Positions 27,418 to 37,089 of a stretch of 64,000 bases of DNA are shown in pieces (the first letter of the stretch is position 1; every line of letters begins with the position of its first letter). The notes under the pieces are model-generated. The model saw only the letters and a list, made by a program, of their open reading frames with translations. It ran no database searches and was not told the DNA's origin. Source of the stretch: Dehalococcoidia bacterium (GTDB lineage Bacteria; Chloroflexota; Dehalococcoidia; Bin125); contig JAJDXE010000015.1 of assembly GCA_022825265.1 (NCBI GenBank), forward strand, positions 6,468-70,467, read 5' to 3'. Position numbers and translations under genes: made by a program.

Positions 27418-29598
27418 GTGAGCGAAGCACTCCCAGCCGTGGCAGACCCGCTCTTGGCCGCGCTCAAGGAGTCCTACGGCTACGACTCTTTCCGACCGCA
27501 GCAGCGCGAAACGATCGAGCACGTCCTCGACGGCGGCGACGCCCTCGTCCTGATGCCGACCGGCGGCGGCAAGTCGCTCTGCTACCAGCTCCCCGCAATC
27601 CTCTCCGATGGCCTCACCGTCGTCGTCTCACCGCTGATCGCCCTGATGCACGATCAGGTCACCGCGCTCCAGCGAGCCGGCGCCAACGCCCAATACCTGA
27701 ACAGCACCCTCTCGCCGATGCAAACCGCCGAGGTCGAGCGTTCAGTCCTCGACGGTTCGGTCAAGCTGCTCTACGTCGCCCCCGAACGAGTCAACACCGA
27801 CCGCTTCCGCAACCTGCTTGAACAGCGCAACCCCAGCCTGATCGCGATCGACGAAGCGCACTGTATCTCCGAATGGGGCCACGAGTTCCGCCCCGACTAC
27901 CGCGTCCTCCGACGCCTGACCGAGCGCTTCGTCGACGTCCCCACGGTCGCATGCACCGCGACCGCGACTCCCCAGGTCCAGCGCGACATCGTGGAACAGC
28001 TCGACCGTCCCCGCATGCAGACCTACATCACCAGCTTCATGCGCGACAACCTGACGCTGCGCATCCTGCCCAAACGCAAGTCCGTGGATCGGCTGGCGGC
28101 CCGTATACGCGCGCTGTCCGGCGGCGCGGCCATCGTCTACAGCCAGTCGCGCAAGAGCACCGAAGAAACCGCCGAGCGCCTGCGTCAACACGGAATCAAG
28201 GCCGAGCACTACCACGCCGGCATGAACGGAGACTCGCGGCACGGTGTGCAAGACCGCTTCCTCAACGGCGAAACGCCCGTGATCTGCGCCACCATCGCTT
28301 TCGGCATGGGCATCGACAAACCCGACATCCGGCTCGTCGCCCACCTCGACATGCCGCCCTCGATTGAGTCCTACTACCAGGAGACCGGCCGCGCCGGCCG
28401 CGACGGCCAGCCCTCCGAATGCCTGCTCTTCTACACCAAGGGCATCTGGCATCAACAGATGTACTTCATCAGGCAGCTCAGCGACGAGGCCGAACGCCAG
28501 CAGCGCATCAACCGTCTGCGCACGATGATGAACTTCTGCGAGCAGTCGCAGTGCCGCTGGTCCAGAATCCTCCAATACTTCGGCGAACAGCCGGCCGCTC
28601 CACAATGCGGTCACTGCGACCAGTGTCTCGACGAACAGCCCGAACTGGACGCCGCCCCATCAGCTCGCACCGTCGATCCCGACGACCCGCCCGACCCACC
28701 TGGCCAGGACGAACCGAGACCACTCAACGCCGAAGAGGATCGGCTCTACGAAGCGCTCCGAGAGGAACGCACGCGCCTCGCAAGGGAAGCCGAAACCTCG
28801 GCCTACATCGTCGCCAGCAATCGCGAACTGGCGGACATCGCGCGCCGCCGACCTCGTACGATTGCGGAACTGATTGAGATCAAGGGAATCCGTCACCGCA
28901 AGGCGGCCCGCTTCGGCCAGGAGTTGCTCAACGTGGTCGCCCAACACTCGCAAGAGGCGCCCGCCGCCACGGACGACACCGCCGAGGAGATGCAATTGGC
29001 CCTCGAGACCCCGCCCGAGTCCTGGCAACAACGCTTCAACGCCCTCGCCGAGTGGCGGACCCTCACCAGCGCCAACGACAACTGCGATCCGTCCGACCTC
29101 CTCACCTTCCCCGCCATGCGTCACCTCGCAGAACACCCGCCGGCGACAATCGAAGCCCTGTCGAGCACCGACGGCGTCGGCTCGCTCGCAACCGAGCGCT
29201 ACACCGACGAACCATCTGCCATCCTTGGAATCTACGCAGCACAACCCCAGCCGCCAACGCCGGAACCCGTCAACCGTTCCGACCCAGTCCCCAGTTGGCA
29301 AACGACACTCGATCTCTACCAGGCCGGCCACACCATCCTCGCCATCGCCGAACGCCGGATGCTCTCGCCCGGAACGATATCGACCCATCTGATAACCGCG
29401 CTCAGAAACGGACACGACGTCGATCTGCGCCCCGCCCTACCGCCAACCGACGTCATCCAGTCCGTCCGCCGCCTGCTGTGCGCAGACCCCGACGCCAGCG
29501 TCGCCGCCCTGCAGGAACGCTTCGACTACCGATTGTCAAACGCGGAGATGCACCTGGTCGTCGCCCACCTGCGACCCCCGGAGATCATCAACGACTAG
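27418..29598 (+). CDS. recQ: ATP-dependent DNA helicase RecQ (with HRDC and an extended C-terminus)
   Basis: PTGGGKSLCYQLP, DEAHCISEWGHEFR, RQ zinc-binding region (CRWSRILQYFGE...CGHCDQC) and HRDC (LYEALREERTRLA...IVASNRELADIA). Confidence 0.95.
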   Translation: MSEALPAVADPLLAALKESYGYDSFRPQQRETIEHVLDGGDALVLMPTGGGKSLCYQLPAILSDGLTVVVSPLIALMHDQVTALQRAGANAQYLNSTLSPMQTAEVERSVLDGSVKLLYVAPERVNTDRFRNLLEQRNPSLIAIDEAHCISEWGHEFRPDYRVLRRLTERFVDVPTVACTATATPQVQRDIVEQLDRPRMQTYITSFMRDNLTLRILPKRKSVDRLAARIRALSGGAAIVYSQSRKSTEETAERLRQHGIKAEHYHAGMNGDSRHGVQDRFLNGETPVICATIAFGMGIDKPDIRLVAHLDMPPSIESYYQETGRAGRDGQPSECLLFYTKGIWHQQMYFIRQLSDEAERQQRINRLRTMMNFCEQSQCRWSRILQYFGEQPAAPQCGHCDQCLDEQPELDAAPSARTVDPDDPPDPPGQDEPRPLNAEEDRLYEALREERTRLAREAETSAYIVASNRELADIARRRPRTIAELIEIKGIRHRKAARFGQELLNVVAQHSQEAPAATDDTAEEMQLALETPPESWQQRFNALAEWRTLTSANDNCDPSDLLTFPAMRHLAEHPPATIEALSSTDGVGSLATERYTDEPSAILGIYAAQPQPPTPEPVNRSDPVPSWQTTLDLYQAGHTILAIAERRMLSPGTISTHLITALRNGHDVDLRPALPPTDVIQSVRRLLCADPDASVAALQERFDYRLSNAEMHLVVAHLRPPEIIND

Positions 29599-29603
29599 TC
29601 CAA

Positions 29604-32600
29604 CTAGTCGGCCGCCGCCGCTCCCGACGAAGCCGGCTCCAACGGCACGCCGTCGACCAAAGTCAGCTTCGCCCCCAGCCTCGACGCCACCTTCTGACCC
29701 GGAATCAGGATCCCCACCAGGTTGCACGGATCACTCGCGGCAATCGTGATCCGCTCGTCGGTCGTCGCAGCGCGGCGGACTGCTCGCAGTTGGTCAAGCG
29801 CAGCCGGCAGGGCGAACTGCTCCCCCAGCAGACCCTGGATAAACCGACCGCCCCGAATCTCGCCCCGCGCCTCGAGCCGACGCAACGCGCGCAGCACATC
29901 ACGCCACTGGATCGTCAGGCTCTCCCGTGTCGCCAGCTCCCGCGAGACTACTCCGTACCGCTGCAGCAGGATGTTCGCCACCCGCTCGGCCAGCTCATCA
30001 GCCTCGATTGGATCCGCGGGACCCTCCATCGTCGGAGGCAAAGCGGCCCAGCGCCCCGCCGGACCCTCGCCGATAAACACGCCGCCGCCTCCGTAGCGCG
30101 GCCTCCGAGTCTTGCGATTTGGTCGAATCAGTTGCCGAAGCCCCTGGAACCCATCGGCGTGCGCCAGACCCGTCGCGACCAGCTCGCGCAGCCCCGTCTC
30201 GACATCCGTCGCGAGCCGCCGCGTGCCGTCGACCAACTCGTCGAAGAACAGCGCGCCGCGCTCCTCCAGCAGACGCAGGATCTGGCTGGCCGAGCCGCCG
30301 TCGGCATGAAGCTGCTCGGCCACATCCGGCTGCGGCTCGGGCGCAGACCGTCCCCGGGCCGCCGGGACCGGAGCCGGCCGACGCACCGCCATTAGCAGCG
30401 AGCGAAAATCGCGCCGCAATGCCAGCGCGATCGGCGTCGTCTTCGTCGGCGCTCGCCGGGCCGATCGCGCAGTCAGCCGGGCCCAGGCGACATCGCCCGC
30501 GAGGCAGAGTTCGTCCAACCAGGCCTCCCGGTAGTCGCCGACGCGAAGCGCGATCAGCTCACGCTCCCAGGACGCAGCCGGAGCCTCAAATCCCTGCAAC
30601 TGCTCGATCACCGCTCGCACGCCCGCCTTGCCCGACAGCCGCGTGTCCGGCGTCAGATGCTGCCAGCGCAAGAGGAAGCGCAGATAATGCTGAACCGTGA
30701 CCGGCTCAATCTCGGCTCGCAGCCGAGCAATCGTGTAGCGATGAATCCGCGCCAGCAGCCGACGGTCGCAGTACTCCTCCGCATCCTCTTCACCCAGCGT
30801 CGGCGTGAACTGACCGCGCATCACCTCGCCGTACGCCTCTAGCTGCGCCAACCCGTATCCGCAGTCCTGAGCCGACAGGCCGCAGCGCCGCGATAACGCC
30901 TCCGCCACGATCGGCCCCGATATCTCCAGATGGCCCCGGACCAGCTTCAGCCGGGCGTCCTCGCGGTCCGACGGCAGGATCAGCGCCGACTCAGGCACCG
31001 AGAAGCCCGGGTCGACCGCGTGGTCGGGGAACAGTTGGCGAATCGATTCCAGGTGCTCGGCGGCAAACCAGATGGTTCCCTCAGGACCCTCAGCCCGCGC
31101 AGCCCGGCCCTCTTCTCGCAACTCGGCGAACATCAGCGGCGTCGCCGAATCGGCCAGGGTCGGCGAGATCCTCGCCAGGTCCGTCTCGCGCAGCGCGACG
31201 ACCGACAGCAACAGTTCATGCAGTTCGTCGGCGTCGCGGATCGGTGGGAACGCCTCGTCCTGTACCCGCTCGATCGCGTCGATGTCCAACTTGCCCAGGT
31301 CGCGCTGCTCGTTGGGCAGCGTCCGGCGAGTCATCACCGCCCGAGCCCGGCGCTCCTCCAGCGGAGCATCGTCGAGGAACCCGAACGGATTGATGTTGAT
31401 AATGCTCTGCGCCATCCCCGACGGCGTCACCGTGTCCCGAGCATGCAGCCGGATCTCCCCCCGCTCGACACGCTCCAGCACACCGATGAGCGCGTCGGTG
31501 TCGACCGCTTCGTGCAGGCAGTCGTCCATTGTCTGCGCGATCAACGGGTGGTCCGGCACTTCGAGCGGTCCGGCCAGGTTCTCCTGGCAGCCGACCTGCG
31601 CCGGGAACACCGCCGCTAGCAGATCGTCGGCGATCATCCGCTGCAGATAAGGCGGCACTTCCTTCGCCCCGCGCCGTCGAGGCACCGCCAGCGCCCGAGT
31701 CGCCGCCCAGCGCCAGCGCGTGTTCCAGAACGGCGCGTAGAGCACCGCCTGACGCAACGACTGCTCCGCGTTGTCCGCCTTCAGATACTCGAACGCCTCC
31801 TCCAGCGGGAACGACTGCGTCGGACCCAGCGAGAGCAAAATGCCCTCCTCGTTCGCCGCCGCCTGCAACTCGAAGTCGAACCGCACGCAGAAGCGCTTGC
31901 GCAGCGCCAGACCCCAGGCGCGGTTGACGCCCGAGCCGAACGGCGCATGCACGACCAATTGTTGTCCGCCGCCCTCATCGAAGAAGCGCTCGAAGACGAC
32001 GTCGGTGTCGGACGGCATCACCTGCAACGACTCCTGCGCCTCCGCCAGGTACTCCACCATCTGCTCGGCGGCGATCGACTGCATGTGGCACTCACGCTGG
32101 AGGTATTGGGACGCCGACTCCGGATCGTCCGCCATCCCGCCAATGTCGCGTCGCAACTCGCCGACCGCCGCCGACAGCTCGATGCTCCGTCCCGGCGCTT
32201 CGCCCAGCCAGAAGGGGATCGTCGGCGGCGCGCCATGCGCATCCTCGACCCTCACAATCCCCTTGTTCTCCACCCGCCGGATCCGCCACGACGTGCTACC
32301 CAGCAGGAAGATGTCGCCGGCCGCGGTTTCAATCGCAAAGTCCTCGTTCACGGTGCCGATGAACGCGCCCTCAGGCTCCTTGATTACGCGGTAGTCGCCG
32401 GTCTCCGGGATCGTGCCGCCGTTGAGAATCGCGGTCATCCGAGCCGCGCGGCGCGGCTTGACCACGCCGTTGATTCGGTCGCGATGCAGCAGCGGATTCG
32501 ATCGACCGCCGCCCTCGCCGATGCCGGTCGCGAGCATCTCGATCGTCTCGTCGAACGCCGACCGCTCCAGTTCGCCGTACGGCGCCGCGCGGCGCATCAT

Positions 32601-33995
32601 CGCGTAGAGCTCGTCTTCCCGCCACTCCTCCTCCGACGCCGTCTCCGCCACGATCTGCTGGGCCAGCACCTCGATCGGCGCCTTCGGCTGACAGATCCGG
32701 TCGAGATCGCCGCGTTCCACCGCCCGCACCATCGCCGCGCACTCGATCAGTTCGTCGAGCGCCGTCGGGAACAGCGCCCCGTGCGGAATCAGGCCCAGCG
32801 CGTGACCCGAACGCCCGACACGCTGCAGGAACGTCGCAATCCGGCGCGGCGATCCAATCTGGCAGACCAGGTCGACCGAGCCGATGTCGATGCCCAGCTC
32901 CAGCGATGCCGTCGCCACGACCGCTTTCAGATCGCCGCTCTTCAGCCGCTGCTCCATCACATGCCGCCGCTCCTTGGAGAGCGACCCATGATGCCCCGAG
33001 ACGTGCTCCTTGCCCACCCGGATGCCCAGTTCATGCGCGACACGCTCGGCCAGCGAGCGCCGGTTGACGAAGATCAGCGTCGTACGATGCTGCAGGATCA
33101 GCTCGGCCAGGCGGTCGTAGACCGCGCCCCAGTGCTCATGCGTCGCCAGCGCCTGTAGCGGCGCATCCGTGGTCTCGATCCACAGCTTCAGTTCGCGCCG
33201 GTGGCCGAGGTCGAGAATCCGGCAGGGCAGCGGCCGCGCCGACTCATCCAGCCCGGTCAGGAACGAGGCAATCTCGGTCATCGGCTTTTGCGTCGCCGAG
33301 AGGCCGATCCGCGTCGGCCGCTGCTCGGCCACGTGATCCAGCCGCGCCAGCGTCAGCGACAGGTGCGACCCCCGCTTGTCCCGCACGACCGCATGAATCT
33401 CATCCACAATCACCGTGCGCACTGTGCGCAGGATCTCCCGCGACCGCTTCGCCGTCAGCATCAGGTAGAGCGATTCCGGCGTCGTAATCAGAATCTGCGG
33501 CGGACGCTTGACGATCGCCTGCCGCTCGGCCTGCGTCGTATCGCCGGTCCGCAGACCCATCCGAATCCGCGGCAGCTCAACGCCCCGCTCGTCGGCCAGT
33601 TGCCGGATTTCGGTCAACGGCTCCTCAAGGTTGCGCTGGATGTCGTTCGACAGCGCCTTCAGCGGCGAGATGTACAGAATCCGCACCTCGTCGGGTAGCT
33701 GTCCGCCGTTGCTCTCGCCCTCCCGGATCAGCTCGTCAATCCCGGCCAGGAACGCGGTCAGCGTCTTGCCCGACCCGGTCGGCGCCGCAATCAAACAGTC
33801 CTCCCCGGTCCGAATCGCCGGCCAGCCATCCTCCTGCGCATAAGTCGGCGCGCCAAACCGCCCCAGGAACCAGTCCCGCACGATCGGGTGAAAGCCATCA
33901 AGGACAGAAGCTGAGGCGTTCGTCTGGATCATAGGTTCCGTATCGTAACCGCTTAGCGCATCTTCTTCATTCGCCACTCCGCGGTGGTCGGCCAT
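29604..33995 (-). CDS. lhr: ATP-dependent helicase Lhr (large helicase-related)
   Basis: 1463 aa. DEAD/DEAH helicase core (APTGSGKTLTAF, VDEIHAV) plus a long Lhr-type C-terminal region. The start may be the internal MIQTNAS (33932), since the first 43 nt overlap the RT gene 3' end. Confidence 0.9.
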   Translation of the reverse strand: MADHRGVANEEDALSGYDTEPMIQTNASASVLDGFHPIVRDWFLGRFGAPTYAQEDGWPAIRTGEDCLIAAPTGSGKTLTAFLAGIDELIREGESNGGQLPDEVRILYISPLKALSNDIQRNLEEPLTEIRQLADERGVELPRIRMGLRTGDTTQAERQAIVKRPPQILITTPESLYLMLTAKRSREILRTVRTVIVDEIHAVVRDKRGSHLSLTLARLDHVAEQRPTRIGLSATQKPMTEIASFLTGLDESARPLPCRILDLGHRRELKLWIETTDAPLQALATHEHWGAVYDRLAELILQHRTTLIFVNRRSLAERVAHELGIRVGKEHVSGHHGSLSKERRHVMEQRLKSGDLKAVVATASLELGIDIGSVDLVCQIGSPRRIATFLQRVGRSGHALGLIPHGALFPTALDELIECAAMVRAVERGDLDRICQPKAPIEVLAQQIVAETASEEEWREDELYAMMRRAAPYGELERSAFDETIEMLATGIGEGGGRSNPLLHRDRINGVVKPRRAARMTAILNGGTIPETGDYRVIKEPEGAFIGTVNEDFAIETAAGDIFLLGSTSWRIRRVENKGIVRVEDAHGAPPTIPFWLGEAPGRSIELSAAVGELRRDIGGMADDPESASQYLQRECHMQSIAAEQMVEYLAEAQESLQVMPSDTDVVFERFFDEGGGQQLVVHAPFGSGVNRAWGLALRKRFCVRFDFELQAAANEEGILLSLGPTQSFPLEEAFEYLKADNAEQSLRQAVLYAPFWNTRWRWAATRALAVPRRRGAKEVPPYLQRMIADDLLAAVFPAQVGCQENLAGPLEVPDHPLIAQTMDDCLHEAVDTDALIGVLERVERGEIRLHARDTVTPSGMAQSIININPFGFLDDAPLEERRARAVMTRRTLPNEQRDLGKLDIDAIERVQDEAFPPIRDADELHELLLSVVALRETDLARISPTLADSATPLMFAELREEGRAARAEGPEGTIWFAAEHLESIRQLFPDHAVDPGFSVPESALILPSDREDARLKLVRGHLEISGPIVAEALSRRCGLSAQDCGYGLAQLEAYGEVMRGQFTPTLGEEDAEEYCDRRLLARIHRYTIARLRAEIEPVTVQHYLRFLLRWQHLTPDTRLSGKAGVRAVIEQLQGFEAPAASWERELIALRVGDYREAWLDELCLAGDVAWARLTARSARRAPTKTTPIALALRRDFRSLLMAVRRPAPVPAARGRSAPEPQPDVAEQLHADGGSASQILRLLEERGALFFDELVDGTRRLATDVETGLRELVATGLAHADGFQGLRQLIRPNRKTRRPRYGGGGVFIGEGPAGRWAALPPTMEGPADPIEADELAERVANILLQRYGVVSRELATRESLTIQWRDVLRALRRLEARGEIRGGRFIQGLLGEQFALPAALDQLRAVRRAATTDERITIAASDPCNLVGILIPGQKVASRLGAKLTLVDGVPLEPASSGAAAAD

Positions 33996-35482
33996 GAGCC
34001 TTCATCGATCTGTTTCTCTAGCCAGGACCTGTGGCGTCGCGGATCGGCAAATGAGATCCCTATTCGTTGCTCAAAGGAATGGAGGTACTCGATTTCTCCG
34101 GAGTCGATTGTTTCGCCCCGTACCCGTTCTGGGTCTAGTACATATGCGCCGTATCGTGCCCAGATACGCACTGGTATGCAAGAGCCTGTTCGAGCTAGTC
34201 GAAGCAGGCGAGCGGCCAAGTGACCCCTCTTTTCGCTCAATACAGGAACCTGAGAAATCACGGCGGCTCTTATCAAGGACGCTACTTGCTCTGCGCAGAC
34301 CAGACCCCCGTCGTCCAGATCAGTTGAGGTCTCTATCAGCGTGGCCACTTGTTCGGACGAGGCGTGAGCAGCGAGGAAACCTGAAGCCCTGATGCAGGAA
34401 CCCTCCCAAAGTGCCGGTTCCTCTACCATTCGGTCGACTATCCACTCTGGAAAGAATCCGCCCGTCGGCGCTTTGCTTAGCGTCCCGAAAAGTCGGTTCA
34501 AACGCGATTTATTCGCCTGGCCATCTACCAGTTCGGCTGCCAACTTGAACCACAAGTGCTCTTCGCTGTGAGATTCAATCATCGCGTTGATGTCGCCTTG
34601 GGAGACGCTCGAGCTGAGAAGAAGCTGCCGACCAGACAGTCCGCGCAGCCAAGAACGCACTGTCTTCTCCTCTGACGACGTCAGACCGAGCACACGAAGC
34701 TCCTCAGTTCGAACTGACTGAGCGTGCTCCAACAGAGAGGGGACGCCGTCAACCAAGAATTCATCGTCGCTCCAGCGAAGCGTAGCCAATCCAGGTATCG
34801 CCTCGAGCAACTGGTCGAGCCGAAACAGCACTTGATTGGCCAGCCAGCCGGACATCTCTGCGGTAATTGGTAGCCCGCCTACGCCGGAGTCGATTGCAAT
34901 CTTCTCAAGCAGCATGCGGAGTCCGAAACTGAGTTCCGTGCCGAGGATGGGTCGCAGAGACTCCTCCACGATTCGAGGGCGCACAGACGGATAGAAGCGG
35001 CGAATGTCGGTCTTCAGTACCACCTCTGGTTCCGAGTCGGCGAGACGCAACCTCTCCCGGTTCCAGTCTCCGAACGCTGGGCCAAAAGCCTGGGTCGTCA
35101 GGACGGGGACCTGCGCAGCTTTAGGCTCGTAGAGTTCGAGACGTCCGGAGAAACTCCTTGGACGCTGTCTCTCAACGAGTTGTTCCGCACCTTCGTGCAA
35201 GAGAAGTCGGCCGACCAGTTGCGCTGGCCAAGGCACCAAGACCATCTCACGGCAAGACCGGTCCTCCTTGCGAGCACCCCTTAGTGCGCCCGCGGGGTTT
35301 GCCAAGTACTGTCGTTCAATCAAGAGAGTGAGCGCTTGAGACTTCGGCGCATGGCTAATCAGCCATCGAGCATCGGCAAACTCCAGTGGATCGGGCATGG
35401 GAGCATCTCGTGAACAGAGAGCATCGGTGAGGCCTCGCAGGTTCGCGAGCGTAATGGGTCTGGAGGAATGGATAATGGCCAT
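33953..35482 (-). CDS. standalone reverse transcriptase (Abi/DRT/UG-like; not group II intron-like)
   Basis: RT motifs visible: motif 2 VVLKTDIRRFYPSV, motif 4 GLPITAEMSGWLANQVLFRLD, motif 5 TLRWSDDEFLV (WSDD for YADD), motif 6 LRVLGLTSSEEKT, motif 7 GLSGRQL. About 150-aa N-terminal and about 230-aa helical C-terminal extensions. No maturase or endonuclease domains. The gene and its 155-nt upstream spacer are markedly lower in GC than the flanking genes. Confidence 0.85.
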   Translation of the reverse strand: MAIIHSSRPITLANLRGLTDALCSRDAPMPDPLEFADARWLISHAPKSQALTLLIERQYLANPAGALRGARKEDRSCREMVLVPWPAQLVGRLLLHEGAEQLVERQRPRSFSGRLELYEPKAAQVPVLTTQAFGPAFGDWNRERLRLADSEPEVVLKTDIRRFYPSVRPRIVEESLRPILGTELSFGLRMLLEKIAIDSGVGGLPITAEMSGWLANQVLFRLDQLLEAIPGLATLRWSDDEFLVDGVPSLLEHAQSVRTEELRVLGLTSSEEKTVRSWLRGLSGRQLLLSSSVSQGDINAMIESHSEEHLWFKLAAELVDGQANKSRLNRLFGTLSKAPTGGFFPEWIVDRMVEEPALWEGSCIRASGFLAAHASSEQVATLIETSTDLDDGGLVCAEQVASLIRAAVISQVPVLSEKRGHLAARLLRLARTGSCIPVRIWARYGAYVLDPERVRGETIDSGEIEYLHSFEQRIGISFADPRRHRSWLEKQIDEGSWPTTAEWRMKKMR

Positions 35483-35637
35483 ATGAGTTCTGGTTCGGGC
35501 TTCCGTTGGGACTTGATTGATATACAGAAATCGCGCAAGAATCGATCAACAGAGTGAACCTCTGAGCGTCTAGGGGCGCTTCGTCTCACCTTAGCGGATT
35601 TAGACTGCGTTTGCTCCGCTGATCGGATAGAAACGAG

Positions 35638-36954
35638 GTGCATTCAGTGTCCGACATCAACTGGCAACCGATCTTCGACGAAGCCCTCGACAACTTCGTC
35701 AACTACCTGCAGATCGACACCACCAACCCGCCCGGCAACGAGAAGCCCGCCGCACGTTGGATGGGCAAGATCCTCTCCGACGCCGGCATGGAGGTCGAGT
35801 ACGTCGAGATCCAGCCCGAGCGCGAGGCCGTCTTCGCCTGGCTGCGCGGCGACGGCTCCAAGCGGCCGATGATGCTCTGCAACCACCTCGACGTGGTCCC
35901 GGTCGAAGAGGAGTACTGGACCAAGCCCGCCTTCGAGGGAATGATCGAGGATGGCAAGATATACGGGCGCGGCGCAGTCGACATGAAGGGCTGCGGCATC
36001 ATGCACCTGATGACGATGCTGCTGCTCAAGCGCACCGACGCCCCGCTCACCCGCGACCTCGTCTTCTGCGGCGTACCCGACGAAGAGGCCGGCTCGGTCT
36101 GGGGCATGGAATGGCTCTGCAAGAACCGCCCCGACCTCGTTGACGTCGAGTTTGAGCTCTCCGAGGGCGGTTCCGGCTCAACCCAGCTCATGGGTCAGGA
36201 AGCCAACATCTTCTCCGTCGCCACCAACGAGAAAGACATCTGCTGGCTCAAGCTGACCTCGATCGGCACGCCCGGCCACGGCTCGCGCCCGCACTACGAC
36301 AACTCCGCCGTCCACCTCGTCAACGCGCTGCAGAAGCTCGCCGCCTGGGAGCGTCCCGTCACGATCACGCCCTCAACCCAGGTCTGGCTCGACCGCCTGA
36401 TCGAAGAAGGCCACATCCCACCGATCAAGGACGCCGAGGAACTCTCCCAGCACGTCCTCGATCACCCGGCCACCCACGCCATGTTCATCAACACGCTCAA
36501 CGTGACCATGATCAACAGCGGGATCAAGGCCAACGTGATCCCGGCCAAGTCCGAGGCCACCATCGACTGCCGCCTGCTCCCCGGTCAGGACCGCGAGGAC
36601 TGGCGCCAGCAGGTCATCAGCGTGATCGACGACGACCGCATCGAGGTCGAGTTCTCCGGCTGGGACCAGGAGCAGCCCGTTGAAGTCGATTGGGACACCG
36701 AGCTCTACCGAACCATCGAAGCAGTCGTCAACGACGCCGTCGAGGACGCCACCGTCGTCCCCTCAACCTGCGTCGGGGGCACCGACAACCGCTTCCTCCG
36801 CCAGCAGGGCATCCCCGCCTACGGCTTCATCCCCGTCCTCCTCAGCCCCGAAGAAGCCGCCGGCTTCCACGGAAACGACGAGCACATGACCATCGAGAAC
36901 TTCAACATGGGAGTCGAACTCACCTACGAAATCGTCCGCCGCATGGTGACCTAG
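35638..36954 (+). CDS. M20 family metallopeptidase (ArgE/DapE/ACY1/CPG2-like)
   Basis: HLDVVP, GRGAVDMKG, and a dimerisation domain. GTG start per the track. Confidence 0.85.
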   Translation: MHSVSDINWQPIFDEALDNFVNYLQIDTTNPPGNEKPAARWMGKILSDAGMEVEYVEIQPEREAVFAWLRGDGSKRPMMLCNHLDVVPVEEEYWTKPAFEGMIEDGKIYGRGAVDMKGCGIMHLMTMLLLKRTDAPLTRDLVFCGVPDEEAGSVWGMEWLCKNRPDLVDVEFELSEGGSGSTQLMGQEANIFSVATNEKDICWLKLTSIGTPGHGSRPHYDNSAVHLVNALQKLAAWERPVTITPSTQVWLDRLIEEGHIPPIKDAEELSQHVLDHPATHAMFINTLNVTMINSGIKANVIPAKSEATIDCRLLPGQDREDWRQQVISVIDDDRIEVEFSGWDQEQPVEVDWDTELYRTIEAVVNDAVEDATVVPSTCVGGTDNRFLRQQGIPAYGFIPVLLSPEEAAGFHGNDEHMTIENFNMGVELTYEIVRRMVT

Positions 36955-36960
36955 TCGATC

Positions 36961-37080
36961 AAAGACCTCCCCCTCTGGGGGAGGTGCCCCGAAGGGGCGG
37001 AGGGGGCCCGCAGGGTTGACGCTGCATCCGCGACAAGGCCCCCTCAGTCGCTACGCGACAGCTCGCCCACAGGGGGAGCC
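36961..37080. repeat. GC-rich REP-like multi-hairpin element (AAGACCTCCCCCTCTGGGGGAGG / GCCCCGAAGGGGC / GTCGCTACGCGAC)
   Basis: Serial perfect stems with 3-nt loops between convergent genes. Homologous to 48150-48250. Confidence 0.6.
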
Positions 37081-37089
37081 CTTCAGCCC

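Noticed and set aside
33953-35482. Group II intron maturase-RT or retron RT
   Set aside because: There is no maturase X or endonuclease domain and no recognisable intron domain V/VI or IBS/EBS context. The protein is too long and lacks the typical retron RT tail, and there is no obvious msr/msd inverted-repeat pair. The call remains uncertain without profile searches.
33940-35600. Direct repeats (CTTAGCG) at both edges of the RT islet as attachment-site duplication
   Set aside because: Only a 7-mer is shared, which is well within chance expectation. Not supportable without comparative genomes.
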